This document shows, in pieces, positions 1 to 12,348 of a DNA stretch of 64,000 bases. Positions within the stretch are counted from its first letter, which is position 1; each line of letters begins with the position of its first letter. Position numbers and translations under genes: made by a program. Origin of the DNA: Antechinus flavipes. Taxonomy: Eukaryota. The DNA is taken from positions 7,378,001 to 7,442,000 of the forward strand of contig NC_067401.1 in NCBI RefSeq assembly GCF_016432865.1, read 5' to 3'. The notes beneath the pieces are model-generated. The model worked only from the letters and a program-made list of their open reading frames with translations. It did no database searches and was not told the origin of the DNA.

Positions 1-72
1 GACAAATTTGAATTCAGGTCCTCCTTACATCAAGGCTGATGCTCTCTACCCACTGTGCCACCTAGCTGCCCC
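1..72 (-). mobile_element. WSINE1-like marsupial SINE, 5' part
   Basis: The reverse complement begins GGGGCAGCTAGGTGGCACAGTGG, like the other copies in the window. Confidence 0.8.
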
Positions 73-76
73 TTGC

Positions 77-115
<39 letters not shown>

Positions 116-1646
116 TTTTGAATGTTTCTGATTAATCAAACATTTCCATGCAGTTAAAGCAGTTCAGGAAGAGAGAGAGAAAAACATGCTGAACAGAAAA
201 AAAATTACATACATGTAAGAATTAGGATGTGAGATGGCACTATCGTGCACAGAGTGCCGGCCCTGGAATCAGGAAAACCTAAGTTCAAATACAGCCCCAG
301 ACACTAGCTGTGTGACCCTGGACAAGCCACTTAACACTGTTGCCTCAGTTTTCCCATCTATAGAAATAAACTGATGAAAGAAATGGCAAACCTCTCTAGT
401 ATCTTTGCCAAGAAAACCTCAAATGGGATCACAAAGATTTGGAGAAATGACTGAAAGTAAGAATTAAAAAGTGGAAGACATTCTAAGTTAACATGGATAG
501 GTAACTTCCCTTCTAACCCTAATTGTTGAATGCACAAATGAGACTTTAAAAAGGGGGATATTGGTATGGGATTCCTCCCTTCCCTTCCCCTTATCCCCCT
601 ATTCAGTTTCTTAACACTTGCTTTATTGTCCGCCTAACCACTGCCTCTTGCTGCTTGGAGCCTCCCCAGATAGCTTAGAGCCAACCTGCTATTAGGAATG
701 GCTTAAATAGGTTGAAGAATGAATAGACATAGCACCAAGGCACTGGGTCTGCCCAAATGGTCCTTGAACTTGAGACACATCAGGAAGAAAAGCAAACCCA
801 TGGCTGAGTTTCGTGCATCCCACTCAGCTAATACAGGCTATCTATTGATAGAAGGATGGCTGGCACCAAAAAGGCAAATGAATCTACTCCATTTTTCACC
901 TCCTTTTCTTTTGTCTCCAAGTACACCCTGGGTTTGGACTGATTCCAAAGCTCAGACCAAAATCAGGCTCATTAAGTCAGATCACCAGATGCCATTTCAA
1001 GATGTTGGTTCTTCCTACTCACTATCTCTTATCTCATTTGGGAAAAAAAAACCTTTCAGGTTCCCCCACATTCCCCTATACAAGGGTCTTTATACCCAGG
1101 ATCCAGTGGTTCGTCTTAACTGGCAGGAAAATAGATTTTTCAAGCTAAGGTCTTGGCTAAATGTTTCAGCTAAGCATAGACCACCGATTCAGAGTAGAGT
1201 TTTGCTTTGGAAGGCTAGCTGGTCTGACTCTGTCATTTGGCAGATGAGAAAACAGAGAGACTTGCCCACTCATGTAACCTTGGGATTGACCTCTTTGGCT
1301 TTTGTTTCTTCATCTGTGAAATATAGAGGTTGGATTCGAGAAGCTCTGAGTCCCTGTTCTATCCCTAAATCTGTTATCTTATGAGTCAGAGACTAGATAT
1401 GAGCCTTCCTGACTCATCGAATCATAAATTAGGACTAGAAGCCAGGGCTTGCCAGCTTCTGCCGGTTCAGGAGAGCATTTTGCTAAATACATTTTCAGGG
1501 TGAGCACTTATACTTCAGAAACTGGATATCTGTTAAAACTTCAAGCATTGATTCTTCCCTCACCCCTACACTCAACTCCCCAAAAGGAGGAATTGGCCCT
1601 CAGGATTCAATGACGTCTCAAGCCAAAAGATTTCTTTTTCTTATAG

Positions 1647-1704
1647 GTAATGTCTAGGCCACATGTCCAGAAGAGAATATTCAATAATTCTCTTAAACTT
1701 CAAG
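1647..1704 (+). CDS. MLPH: Melanophilin, third-to-last coding exon (58 nt, VMSRPHVQKRIFNNSLKLQ+G)
   Basis: Acceptor tttctttttcttatag|GTA and donor CAAG|gtaaga. It resembles human [20 protein letters not shown], and its phase-1 end joins the next exon in frame. Confidence 0.88.
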
Positions 1705-2740
1705 GTAAGAATCATCAGGTCTGTCTGCTGGGGAAGCCATAGAGAGGCAGGGACCTTGGAGACAAATATTTAGGGAACAGACAAGAAGAAACATTCTGGG
1801 GGATTTGCATGGGCTAAGTGAATTAATACAGCTTCCACTGCAAGTTCTTTATGGAAATAAGGAAAACCCAACAGTTTGGAGCTCTCTAGAAACTGGTCAC
1901 TCTGGAAACTCAAGTTAAAAGTCTGCCCTTTTAAAAACAAAGTCATTTTGTTTTAAATACAACAAGTACTCCTGTTCATACAGCTAGTAGATAGCAGAAT
2001 GTCAAAGAGAAGCCATTGGCTGCCATATGCTGGACTCTGTCCATAATGGACAAGGAGATCATCAAAACGTCTTCTCCCTGTGGCCATCCCTGCTGCTTTC
2101 ATTGGCCAGAACTCTTGAAATCACTTTGTTCTGCTTGGGATCTAGTTTGTGTATGTCCAATATACTCAACATAGCATGTAGTTTATATCCCCTCAATACA
2201 ATGTAAGCTCCTTGAGGCTAGGAGCTATACTTTGGTATGCCCAGTACCTAACAGAGATTATTTATTGAGCCATAGTAGGTGATAAAGCCTTTTTCAATTG
2301 ATTTGGAGTTCCCAACAATAAAAACCCAAGTCCCTCGAATACATTCCCCCAAAACAGTTCAACAAAAATGCCAGCTATCATGTTGGCCAGAGATAGATCA
2401 CCTGCCTTTTTTCACTCTGTAGTTTGGTCCTGAAAAAGAACCTTTGACTTGGACAGCATGGCACTGATCATGCCCAGTACCCTATAGCTTTATGAGAAAA
2501 TCACTTTACCCAAAGTCAATGTTCCTCTTCTCCTACAACAGAGCAGAAGGAATGTAATATATCATTTCCTTGATACTCCAAGGTCATTGTTAGGGGCAAA
2601 CCATGGTTCAGTGATTCTTCCCAACTGCCTACCCCATCCACCTGACTTTGAGCTGTGTAGAGCTGTTCATCACTGCGTTAATTGACCCACCAAGAGCTGT
2701 GCTTGTTGTGTTCATAGCTGCTTTTAATAGTTTGGCTGTC

Positions 2741-2807
2741 TTGCCCTTTACTGTCATTCCTTCCTGATGTCCAATTGCCCTTTACTGTCATTCCTTCCTG
2801 ATGTCCA
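2741..2807. repeat. Exact 33-bp direct tandem duplication (period 34)
   Basis: TTGCCCTTTACTGTCATTCCTTCCTGATGTCCA at 2741-2773 and 2775-2807. Confidence 0.95.
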
Positions 2808-4143
2808 CGTGCCTGCCTCTAGCAGCACCTTTCTAATTGGCTGCTCCTAATCTGCTACAGGCTTGATAACCAGACCGACAAAGTGGTTAGGACTGCTCAT
2901 TAAAACAAGAGTAAATAGGCTCCAAGAGAGGGCCTGAAGGAAGGGGCCTCTACTGTAAGTAGAGAATATGAATTTGGTGAGTTCATTTAGGATGCTCAGT
3001 GAGTTTTTTGCTTTGCCTTTTGGATCTCCAGGGTTTTAAATAATTGGGGTGAAAAGAAACTGAAAAGGAGAATATTCCCCAATGATGAGGGATTCTCAAA
3101 GACCACGCCATGGCGTTCAAGCTGTCTCAGGCCTGGTCAGGCTGAAAAAATTTAAGTGAAGTTCTAGCAATAGATTCTATGGCTCTATCCCAAAGATTGG
3201 CCTAGATAAGTTGAGTCACACTCATCTCTTGGCCACTGCTGCCCTCAAAGGTCATCTGTGAACAGAGCAGTCATGATCTACTCCTCTAGATCTGAGGATC
3301 CATCCACTCCAAAGAAATTCCAGATCCTTGCAGCCTCTAAGTGGGGGGCGGGGAGTTGGGGGGATGCATAAATGTATGAGTGTATCTATAAATGCATGTA
3401 TATATACTTGGAGGAAGTTAGATTTTTTCCAACTTTCTTTCCTCAGATCAGGATTCCTAGGTCTGAGTGGACTTCTATTGATTAATTTCCCTTTACACAC
3501 TGGGAAAGCCTAATTGGTGATCTCTGAACTGAACACTAAATTTCCTACCTCCATACTTTTGCACGGAGTGTCCACTATGCCAAGATTATGTTTCCTTCTC
3601 ATCTCCAATTCTCAGTATCTTTAATTTCCTTCAATGTTGAATTCAGCCATCACCTGCCTCAGCCTTTCATGATCATTCAAATTATTAGTGTTTTTCCTTA
3701 AATGATATTTTATTTATTTAGAAGTTTAAATGCCCTGTGCCCACAATAGAATACATGTTTCTTTTGAAACATGTATTTATTACATTATATTAAGAATAGA
3801 ATAGGATAGAAGTTTCTTAAGAGGGAAAATATAGCACCCAGTCTAGGCATAAAAGAAGAGTTTAATAAATGTTCATTGAATGGATAGATGGATGGAAGGA
3901 AGGAAAGATGGATATTCTTGATCCAAGGTAAACAAAGTACAGACTGAGTATTCCTCTTGTAAGAGTTAGGATTGATCTTTCAGATAGCTAGAGGTACTGT
4001 CCAAGGTGCTGAGGAGGAAAGGTGATTGCTTTGATTGAAATATCTGGAGAGGCTTGTTCTAGAAACCAGCATGGAGACTACCATTGCCCTTGATAGTTGA
4101 ATCTAGCTAAATGATTAAATCAAACCATTTATTTTCCATGAAG

Positions 4144-4244
4144 ACGGAGATGATGGCCTTTTCAGCCGAAAATCACCTTACCGAGGATCCCTGACTCAAA
4201 GAAATCCCAATGGGAAAAACAGAAGGGTGGATCACATTTTTGCG
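4144..4244 (+). CDS. MLPH: Melanophilin, penultimate coding exon (101 nt, DGDDGLFSRKSPYRGSLTQRNPNGKNRRVDHIFA)
   Basis: Acceptor ttttccatgaag|AC and donor GCG|gtaaga. It contains the conserved YRGSLTQRNPN motif of the melanophilin C-terminus. Confidence 0.95.
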
Positions 4245-5086
4245 GTAAGACTGTCATCCCAATTCAGTTTCATACTTCAGCCCAATGAGCTATTGTCTGT
4301 AGCTAAATACGCATAATACATGTCAGCCTAGTCTTAAGCCAAGCTAAGGTAAAGAAAAGGATGATCAAAAATAATTTGGGGATGAAATGGAACTCTATCA
4401 ATCAACAAGAATTTGTTAAACATTAGGAAAGATGAAAAATAACTTTAGAGGAGAAGTCTTTAGCAGCTGGGGGATAGGGCAAAGGGTGAGGGAGAGACTA
4501 GGAAAAGTCTTGAAGGAAGTCAAGGATTCTAAAAAACATAGGTGAAGAAGGAAGGCCTTCCAAGCATGGGGGATAACTAGGGCAAATGTTTGTAGGCATG
4601 AGATAGAATGTGTGAGGAATAGCAAATAGATAGACTAGTGTGAGGAGACTATAGCATATGTGAAGGCAAGTAAAATAAAAGAAGGTAGGAAAAGTAGAAG
4701 GAAGCCATTGTTATAGTCTAAATGAGAAGTGATGAGGGACTGAATAAGGGTAGTAGAAAATCAGAGAACAGAAAAAAGATGTCTCAGAAATAGAAAAAAG
4801 ACAAGATTTATCTTTCATTCAGAGGTGAGAGATTCAAGAGAGAATAATGATAATAATAATAAGGCTAGGAGAAGTGTCGTTAAAAATTTTGCAAATGGGG
4901 ATATTAGTCACTAAGAGGTTAATTGACTAATAATATAATAATCAAGTTTTGACTAAGATGTGAGAATAGCAGTGAAGTAGTGAAAGAAGTGTAATAGCAG
5001 AGAATAGCCCCCAATCTCAGAATTTTATTTGAGTGGTTTTTAACTTTTCTTTGCTCTTCATTTTTTTTTTTTTTGATACTTCCCAG

Positions 5087-5113
5087 AAACCTGTGATGAC
5101 CCATCAGCCTTAA
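5087..5113 (+). CDS. MLPH: Melanophilin, terminal coding exon (KPVMTHQP-stop)
   Basis: Poly-T tract then ttcccag|AAA CCT GTG ATG ACC CAT CAG CCT TAA, which matches the human terminus KPVVAHQS*. Confidence 0.92.
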   Translation, partial: KPVMTHQP

Positions 5114-5716
5114 AGAAAACCTTTACCATAGAAATCAGATAAAGAATAACTAATGTTTTCTCCACTATCACCACCATTATTTTCTTCTCCCTCTTCAATT
5201 CTTCCTTGGAGAAAAGAAGAAACATTGCTTGTGTAGGATTCCTGCTTCAAGGTGATGATAGTTGCCAACTTTTCCTCCAAGCCTCTGCAGAGTGAATTTA
5301 AGAATAGAACAACATGGCGCATCACTTCCCAGATCATTGCAACCTACTTGCTACCTGATGCTGTTTCTTTTCAGTTTAATGGATCTCTGAATTTATATTC
5401 CATAAACTCATAGATTTAGAACTAGGAAAGATAAAGAACATCTACATCTACTCATGGAAATATAGGATCATAGATTTAGAATAGGGAGAGACTTTTAAGG
5501 TTATTTAATCCAACACCCCAATTTACCCTTGAAAACATTAAAATCCAGGGAAGGGAAGGAATTTGCCAAGATCTCCAAGGTAATAAATAGCAAAACTGAG
5601 AATTAAACCTAGATCCCTCAAAAAGAGGATGTCAACCCTCAAAGGACCATTTAGACACCTGTTAGATGATTACTTTCTTGTATTGCTTTTCCAACCATTG
5701 TTGCTATCAAAATGAA

Positions 5717-5759
5717 AATAAAGAATGTATGAAAAACCATTGAGATCAACACAAATAAA
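5717..5759 (+). terminator. Candidate MLPH polyadenylation signals
   Basis: AATAAA at 5717-5722 and 5754-5759, about 600 nt after the stop codon. Which one is used is unknown. Confidence 0.5.
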
Positions 5760-6256
5760 TATCTGTAAATACACTCATTGGACTTTCACAATAACTGTGA
5801 GCCAGGGCAGGGACCAGGGGCAACTATTAGTCTTATTTTACAGATAAGGAAACTGAGACCCAGAATGGAGAAAAACTTCCTCAAAGTCGCACAACTAATA
5901 AATAAAGGAGGCAGAATTTGACCCCAGTCCTTACAATCTACTACCGTCGCTATGCTACCTTCACCAATGCTGATAATAATCTCCTCCTTGCTATCATTCC
6001 CTGCCCCTGTTTTGTCTTCTCCATAGAGTTATCGCTGTCTGCTTCTTTCAGTGTCTGGGGGGCACTATGTCACAATTGAGCCATTCATTGGGTAGCCTCT
6101 CGAGCTACAAGACTGGCCTGCTTTCCTGGCTGGTCATTCAAAGGTATCTGCTTAAGGATACTCTAATATAACTTCCCACTTACACATCATGTTGGCAATG
6201 TGTTGCAAGTTGCTTGTATCTATCCTGCATCTTCTCATTCTCCTTTGGGTTATTTA

Positions 6257-6279
6257 GCAGCAACAACAACAACAGCAAT

Positions 6280-6320
<41 letters not shown>

Positions 6321-6400
6321 TTACTACCACTACTACTACTACCACCACCACCACTACTCCTACTCCTACTTCTATTCCTATTCCTATTCCTACTACTACT
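6257..6400. repeat. Compound microsatellite (CAA)n-(TAC)n-(CAC)n-(TATTCC)n
   Basis: Directly visible. It explains the poly-T/Y/V/S ORFs in the track. Confidence 0.97.
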
Positions 6401-7229
6401 GTCATTTTCCAGCAGTGAGTTAGGATGTTTTCCTTGGGTCTTATTGCAAAACTCACACATACCATTGGTCTCTCAACCAAGTCTGTATAGAATCCATGTG
6501 CCCCATTCACTTCCCTGCCAGTAGCATCTCCGGGCATCCACTAACAAAATCATACAGTATGGATTTGGCTCCAGTACTTAGCACAGTGCTTGGCACCTAA
6601 TGATCGTGGAATCACAGATAAGAGCTGAAAGTGACTTCAGAAGCAATTTGGCCCAAGTCTCCCATTTTATGAAGAGGGACTGAGACCCAGGGCAGGCAGG
6701 AGCCCCGTTCTTATCCTAGCATAAGAGTGAAATGAAGATGAAGCATCATCTCAGCCACTGGGACCTGAGATGGCCTCAGCAGTTGGCCCATAATTTTATG
6801 ATGTGCTCGATCTACTTTGGTTGCCCTTGGGAACTTCACTGACCCCTCGTAGCCACTTTGAAAAGGTAGCTAAGAACTTATAGGATCTGGGAATCATACC
6901 CAAGAAGTAAGAATTGCCACAATGTGGTGGAAAACTGTGGACTCTGATCAGAAAGATCTGGATTCAAATCCCAGCTCTAATGATAGCTATATAATGATGG
7001 ACAATTCATTTTACTTCATGAGCTTCAGTTTCCTACTCGGTAAAATGGGGATAAAAAAAGTTATACTCAGAATTATCTTTGTTCCCAGAGTGCTCTAGAG
7101 GAGGCCAGGTGGGTAGTGAACAGGAAGGTGGATACTTTCTTCTCAGAGGGATATGTTTTCTCTTTGGGAAGGTCCATCACCATTTTCCCTCTCCCTGCAC
7201 CTCAATTTATGATATTCTGCCAGGTCACA

Positions 7230-7243
7230 CCACCAGGTGGCGA
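7230..7243 (+). promoter_or_regulatory. CTCF-like motif, forward
   Basis: CCACCAGGTGGCGA compared with the core consensus CCASYAGRKGGCRS (13/14). Confidence 0.5.
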
Positions 7244-7869
7244 TGCTGTCACCCCAAAAGTCCCATCACCATGTAACTCCTGGGCCAATATTTCCCCTCA
7301 ATTCCCTCAGCGGCAAAGGTGAAACCATCTTAAATCTTGCATGGACCCCATTCCTCTCTTAATTCATTATTTTTGAAAAAAGAAATAAGATTGTAGGCTT
7401 AAGCCTAGGAGGGACATTAAATGCCATCTTATACAACCCTCCTTAGAGAGGAAGAGACCGAGACACCGAGCCAATTACATGAATTACCTGAGGTCTTACC
7501 ATGCAGCAGATACTGCTGGGGATATAAATGTGTGAATAGGAGAATGCTTGCCCTCAAGGGTCTTACATTCTACTAGGAGATGTGGGTCACAGATACAGAA
7601 ATGCCCAAGTTCCCAATTGGTCCTCTTTCTTGTCCTTTATATACTGACATCTTTGTGCTAGTTTGAAGATAACATTCAAAACATATTTTTAAGCAAGCAG
7701 AGGATTTGTGAGAAGCAGAATCAGGCTTCAATCTAGATTTCCTGGTTGGAACTGATTACCACCTCATTACAACCACAAGGTCTCACAAACTGTCTCTAAC
7801 AACATGTTCTAGAATTCAATTGAAGCCAAGATCATCAGTCAATAATGTAGAGAATCCACCTTCTTAATG

Positions 7870-9446
7870 GCCTAGTTGTACCAGACCTAAAATCCTATTA
7901 TAAAGCAGTGGTCATCAAAACCATTTTTTGGTTAAGACAGAGTAGGACAAAAGAAAAGAAATAAAATAGTAGATTAATGGAATAAATTAGGATCACAGGA
8001 CACAATAGTCAATAGCTATAATAATGTTGTATTTGATAAATCCAAAGACCCCAGCTTGTGGAATAAGAACTCACTATTTGACAAAAATTGTTAGAAAAAT
8101 TGGAAATGAGTATGGCAGAAACTAGGCATTGACCCACACCTAACATCCTATACCAACATAAATGGGTTCATGATTTAGGGATAAAGGGTAATACTATAAG
8201 CACATTAAGAGAACAAGGAATAGTCTATCTCTCAGATCTATGGAGAAGAGAAGAACTTATAACCAAAGGAGAACTAGAGAATATCATGAAATACAAAACA
8301 GATCATTTTGATTACATTAAATTTAAAAGATTTTGCACAACAAACCAATGCAGCCAAAATTATAAAGGAAGCATAAAGCTGAAGAAATGTTTATAGCCAG
8401 TGTTTCTGATTAAGGTTTCATTTCTAAAATATAAAGAGAATTGACTCTATAAGACTACAAGCCATTTCCCAATTGATAAATGGTCAGAGGATATGTACAG
8501 AAATTTTCATTTGAAAAAAATTAAAGTTATTTCTAGTCCTATAAAAAATGCTCTAAATCATTATTAATTAGAGGCACGACTTACACCTCTCAGATTAGCT
8601 AAGATGGCAGGAAAAGATGATGATAAATGTTGGAGGGAATGTGGGAAAACTGGGCCCCCATATGCATTGTTGGTGGAGTTGTGAAATGATCCAACTATTA
8701 TGGATAACAATTTGGAACTATTACCAAAGAGTTATCAAACTGCAAATACTCCTTGATCCAGCAGTGTCTCTACAGGGTCTGTAACCCAAAGAGATCATAA
8801 AATAGAGGAAAGGACCCATATGTGCAAAAATGTTTATAGCAGTTCTTTTTAACAAGGAACTAGAACTTGAGTGGATGCCCATCATTTGGGAGATGTCTGA
8901 ATAAGTTTTGGTATGTGAATGTAATGGAATATTATTGTTCTATAAGAAACAATGAGCAAGATGGTTTCAGAAAAACCTGGAAAGACTTACATGAACTGAC
9001 ATTGAGTGAAGTGAGAAAACAAAGAGAACATTGTACACAGGAAGAAGAAGATTATGTGATAATCATCTGTGATGGACTTGGCTCTTTTCATGTGGTGATT
9101 CAAGGCATTTCCAATAGATTTGGGACGAAGTGTGCCAACAGCATCCAGAGAGAATCACGGACACTTAATGTGGATCAAAGCATGGTGTTTTTAGCTTTTG
9201 TGGTTGTTTGCTTGTTTTTTTCTTTCTCTTTTGATCTGATCTTTTTTTTGTGCAACATAAAAAATATGAAAAGATGTTGAAAAGAATTGGATATATTTAA
9301 CCTATATCAGATTGGTTACTGTCTTGGGGAGGTTGGAAGTAAGAGAGAGAGGGATAAAAATTTGGAATATAAAGTTTTACAAAATGAATGTTGAAAACTA
9401 TCTTTATATGCATTTGAAAAAATAAAATACTATTAGAAAAAAAAAA
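7870..9446 (+). mobile_element. L1 LINE 3' fragment (decayed ORF2 C-terminus, 3' UTR, A tail)
   Basis: Degenerate L1 ORF2 text (PDLK.YYKAVVIKT..., tcactatttgacaaaaattg), the marsupial L1 3' UTR and a terminal A run. Confidence 0.9.
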
Positions 9447-9639
9447 TAATCCACTTTCTTTCTCTTTAAAGGAACCAAGACCTGTCCCTTTTAAATGCTC
9501 CATCATTTTTTTTTTGAAAGATTCATAAATTCACCCCTGCAATCATATATATAAATTCTTGAAGGACCTGAGCTATATCTGGTTTTGAAGACTTGAAGTG
9601 ACTGAGAAAAGCTAAGGGCTCTCTTGCTATCTCCTTTAT

Positions 9640-10560
9640 TTTAGCTTTCATTTTTGGTTCTCCCTTTCGCTTTTTAATGGTTTTACAAAATCAAAATAAC
9701 AGTTGAGTGATTCTACCTTCTCCCTATTTCCTTTATCATCATGCTCATCACTTTCAAGCAATGGTCCTACTCCATCTTGGATTTTTTTTCCTTTGTCTCT
9801 ACATGACCAATAAAAGCCAACATCGAAATTCATTGCAAGTCATGAGTTAGGTTCTTCCATTCCTATTTGCTTTGCGTTATCATTTCCTTTCTCTGTTTTC
9901 ATCCTCGATGACCAGGCTTTGCTTTTACTTCTTGCCCATGTCTTTTTTTTTTTAATAACTTTTTATTGACAGAACCCATGCCAAGGTAATTTTTTCCCCC
10001 AGGGTAATTTTTTACAACATTATCCCTTGCACTCACTTCCGTTCCGATTTTTCCTTGCCCATGTCTTTTGAGAGGTGGCCAATAAGTTCCCTGGGCAGCC
10101 ACATTGCTCTCCTAAGCTATTTCCTTTGTTCTTCTTCATGGGAATCATTTGTGATTACATCATCCCAATTCCATTCTTGAGACCATTCCATCCCTTCTGA
10201 GTCAACTCTTTCTAAAGAATGAACCGATGGCCGTGAGGTCCTACCTTTCTTTTATCTGGTATTCTAGAAATCTCTTCCTCCAAAAATCAAGGCTGGATGT
10301 CTGGCTATACCTTATTGACCATGAAATCTAAGATTAAGTGGTCATTTCCGCACAAAAATCTTTTCATGTCTGTTCTCAGCAACCAGTTCCTCCTGTTTAA
10401 TTGAATCCAGTCTAGATTGGCACTTTTCCTTCCCTTCATCTTTTGAAAACAAAAATAGCAAAGTCATTGCAATGGTACATAAGGATTGCAGGAAGATGGT
10501 CATAGTTATCGATTTGCCTTTGAACTCTGAAGATAATGGATCTTGGAGGAGGTGGGTGCT
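9640..10560 (-). mobile_element. L3/CR1 LINE ORF2 fragment, old
   Basis: Minus-strand peptides GNDHLILDF, SRLDSIKQEELV and GFYWSCRDKGKKIQDGVGPLL...NREKVESLNCYFDFV resemble the CR1 endonuclease/linker region. Confidence 0.75.
9943..10053 (-). mobile_element. Severely 5'-truncated young L1 tail with target-site duplication
   Basis: T tail plus L1 3' end, flanked by CTTGCCCATGTCTTTT at 9931-9946 and 10054-10069. Confidence 0.85.
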
Positions 10561-10722
10561 AAAAAGAGAATGCTTCATTTCCTGGGGGCATCAAGGACCA
10601 TGCACATGAAGCTAAGGTAACTTGTTTAAAGGCCATTAAGTCTCGATGAAGATTTGGGGGGATCAAATTATATCTCTGGTGATTCAAAAAAGCCAAATCC
10701 TTACCTTTTTTATTGTCTGCTC

Positions 10723-10840
10723 CCCTAATGAGATTAGGGAGGGGTGAGGTAATTGATTGGAGGGAGGCTGTGGATGCCTATGACCTAATCAGTAAAGGAG
10801 AATATAAGAGCAGGGACCCCAGGCACCTCAGCTCACTTTG
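10723..10840 (+). promoter_or_regulatory. Candidate PRLH core promoter (homeodomain palindrome, TATA-like box, initiator)
   Basis: CCCTAAT-GAG-ATTAGGG at 10723-10739, TAATTGATTGG at 10750-10760, TATAAG at 10803-10808, and an Inr-matching TCACTTT with its A at 10835 (32 nt after the TATA T). Confidence 0.6.
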
Positions 10841-10903
10841 GACTCAAACCTCAGCAGGACCATCTGCCCCAGAAGCTAAACTCCTCCTTTTCCTGAGAGC
10901 ACA
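10835..10903 (+). other. PRLH: Candidate non-coding first exon of PRLH
   Basis: Starts at the Inr, contains no ATG and ends at ACA|GTAAGT. A matching acceptor cttcctgcatccacag lies at 12636-12637, upstream of the PRLH ATG. Confidence 0.55.
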
Positions 10904-12034
10904 GTAAGTATATTCTACCCAAATGGGGCAACTGATATTGGGGAGATCTGAGTGGGGTGAAGGAAATAGATGCCTTTTGCCCTTCAATAACCTAGATCCT
11001 GTAGGGCTGCAGTAAATGCTAGCTGGGGCTAGGAATGGGGGCAGGAGAGAGGAAAAAGGCAAAGATAATGTAGTCAAATGGTGGCTCTGTGTGCTGCCAT
11101 CATCTGTGGTCTTTGTGCAGGAGACACTTTCCAATGGGTTAATCTCAAAGAAGAAGAGATTATATTCCTGAAAGGTCTTCTGATTTTGCCCACTTCAGTT
11201 AGATCATAATTCTCACTTACTATATTAATATTATAATAGCTGGCATCCCTATAGTACTTTAAGATCTGCAAAGTGCCTTACATGGAACATCTCATTTGTT
11301 CTTCCCAACAATTCTGTGGGGTGGATGCTATTATCATCCCAAAACTTTTTTTTTCCCACTGTATCATTTAACTAAAGGATAGGCTCAGAGTAAAGAAACC
11401 AAAAAGGTAATATTTAGCAGAAATACTAGAAGGAAGCTATAGGTTAATTTTAAAAGCTTTGAAATTTGTAAGTTATAAAAACTACAAGGTAAAAGGTCTT
11501 AACATTTATGTGTTATAAAAACTTTAAAAACAAAAATAACCATTCAAGGGATTGTAGTTGGTGGTTGTTTTTTGAAGTTTGAGGATTTGATTAATTATTA
11601 ATTAAATTATTCATTTTCTGCTCTGAGATTCAGAAAATAAATCCAATTCAACAAATTTTGATTGAGTGATTACATGTGCAAGACACTGGGAGGAGACACA
11701 GATGTCTCCCTTGATTCTCATAATTATACTTGGAAGAAGATATTAGCAATGAGATGTTCAATCGATCAATAAAGGTGCTGTCCCCTAATGATAGCTGGCA
11801 TCCCTGTGTCTCTGGAAGGATTGAAAGGCACTTTCCAGGCTGATCTGATCTGATCTGATCTGGGCTAAAAGCCCCATGAGGCAGGCTCTATGCATATTAT
11901 TATCACCATTTTAAAGGAAGGAAAAGTATCTTGAGAGAGGTCACAGTGTCAGGAGCAAGTTTTCAGGAAGTGTCTTGTGATCCTATGTCTGATGCCCTTA
12001 TCTTGAGCACTATTTCTCATCTCCTAGAGTCTGC

Positions 12035-12348
12035 NNNNNNNNNNNNNNNNNNNNNNNNNNNNNNNNNNNNNNNNNNNNNNNNNNNNNNNNNNNNNNNNNN
12101 NNNNNNNNNNNNNNNNNNNNNNNNNNNNNNNNNNNNNNNNNNNNNNNNNNNNNNNNNNNNNNNNNNNNNNNNNNNNNNNNNNNNNNNNNNNNNNNNNNNN
12201 NNNNNNNNNNNNNNNNNNNNNNNNNNNNNNNNNNNNNNNNNNNNNNNNNNNNNNNNNNNNNNNNNNNNNNNNNNNNNNNNNNNNNNNNNNNNNNNNNNNN
12301 NNNNNNNNNNNNNNNNNNNNNNNNNNNNNNNNNNNNNNNNNNNNNNNN
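12035..12348. other. Assembly gap (N run)
   Basis: Run of N next to a (TC)n tract, about 330 bp upstream of the PRLH ATG. Confidence 1.

Noticed and set aside
6200-6537. Poly-Thr/Tyr/Val/Ser ORFs
   Set aside because: They are translations of the compound microsatellite.
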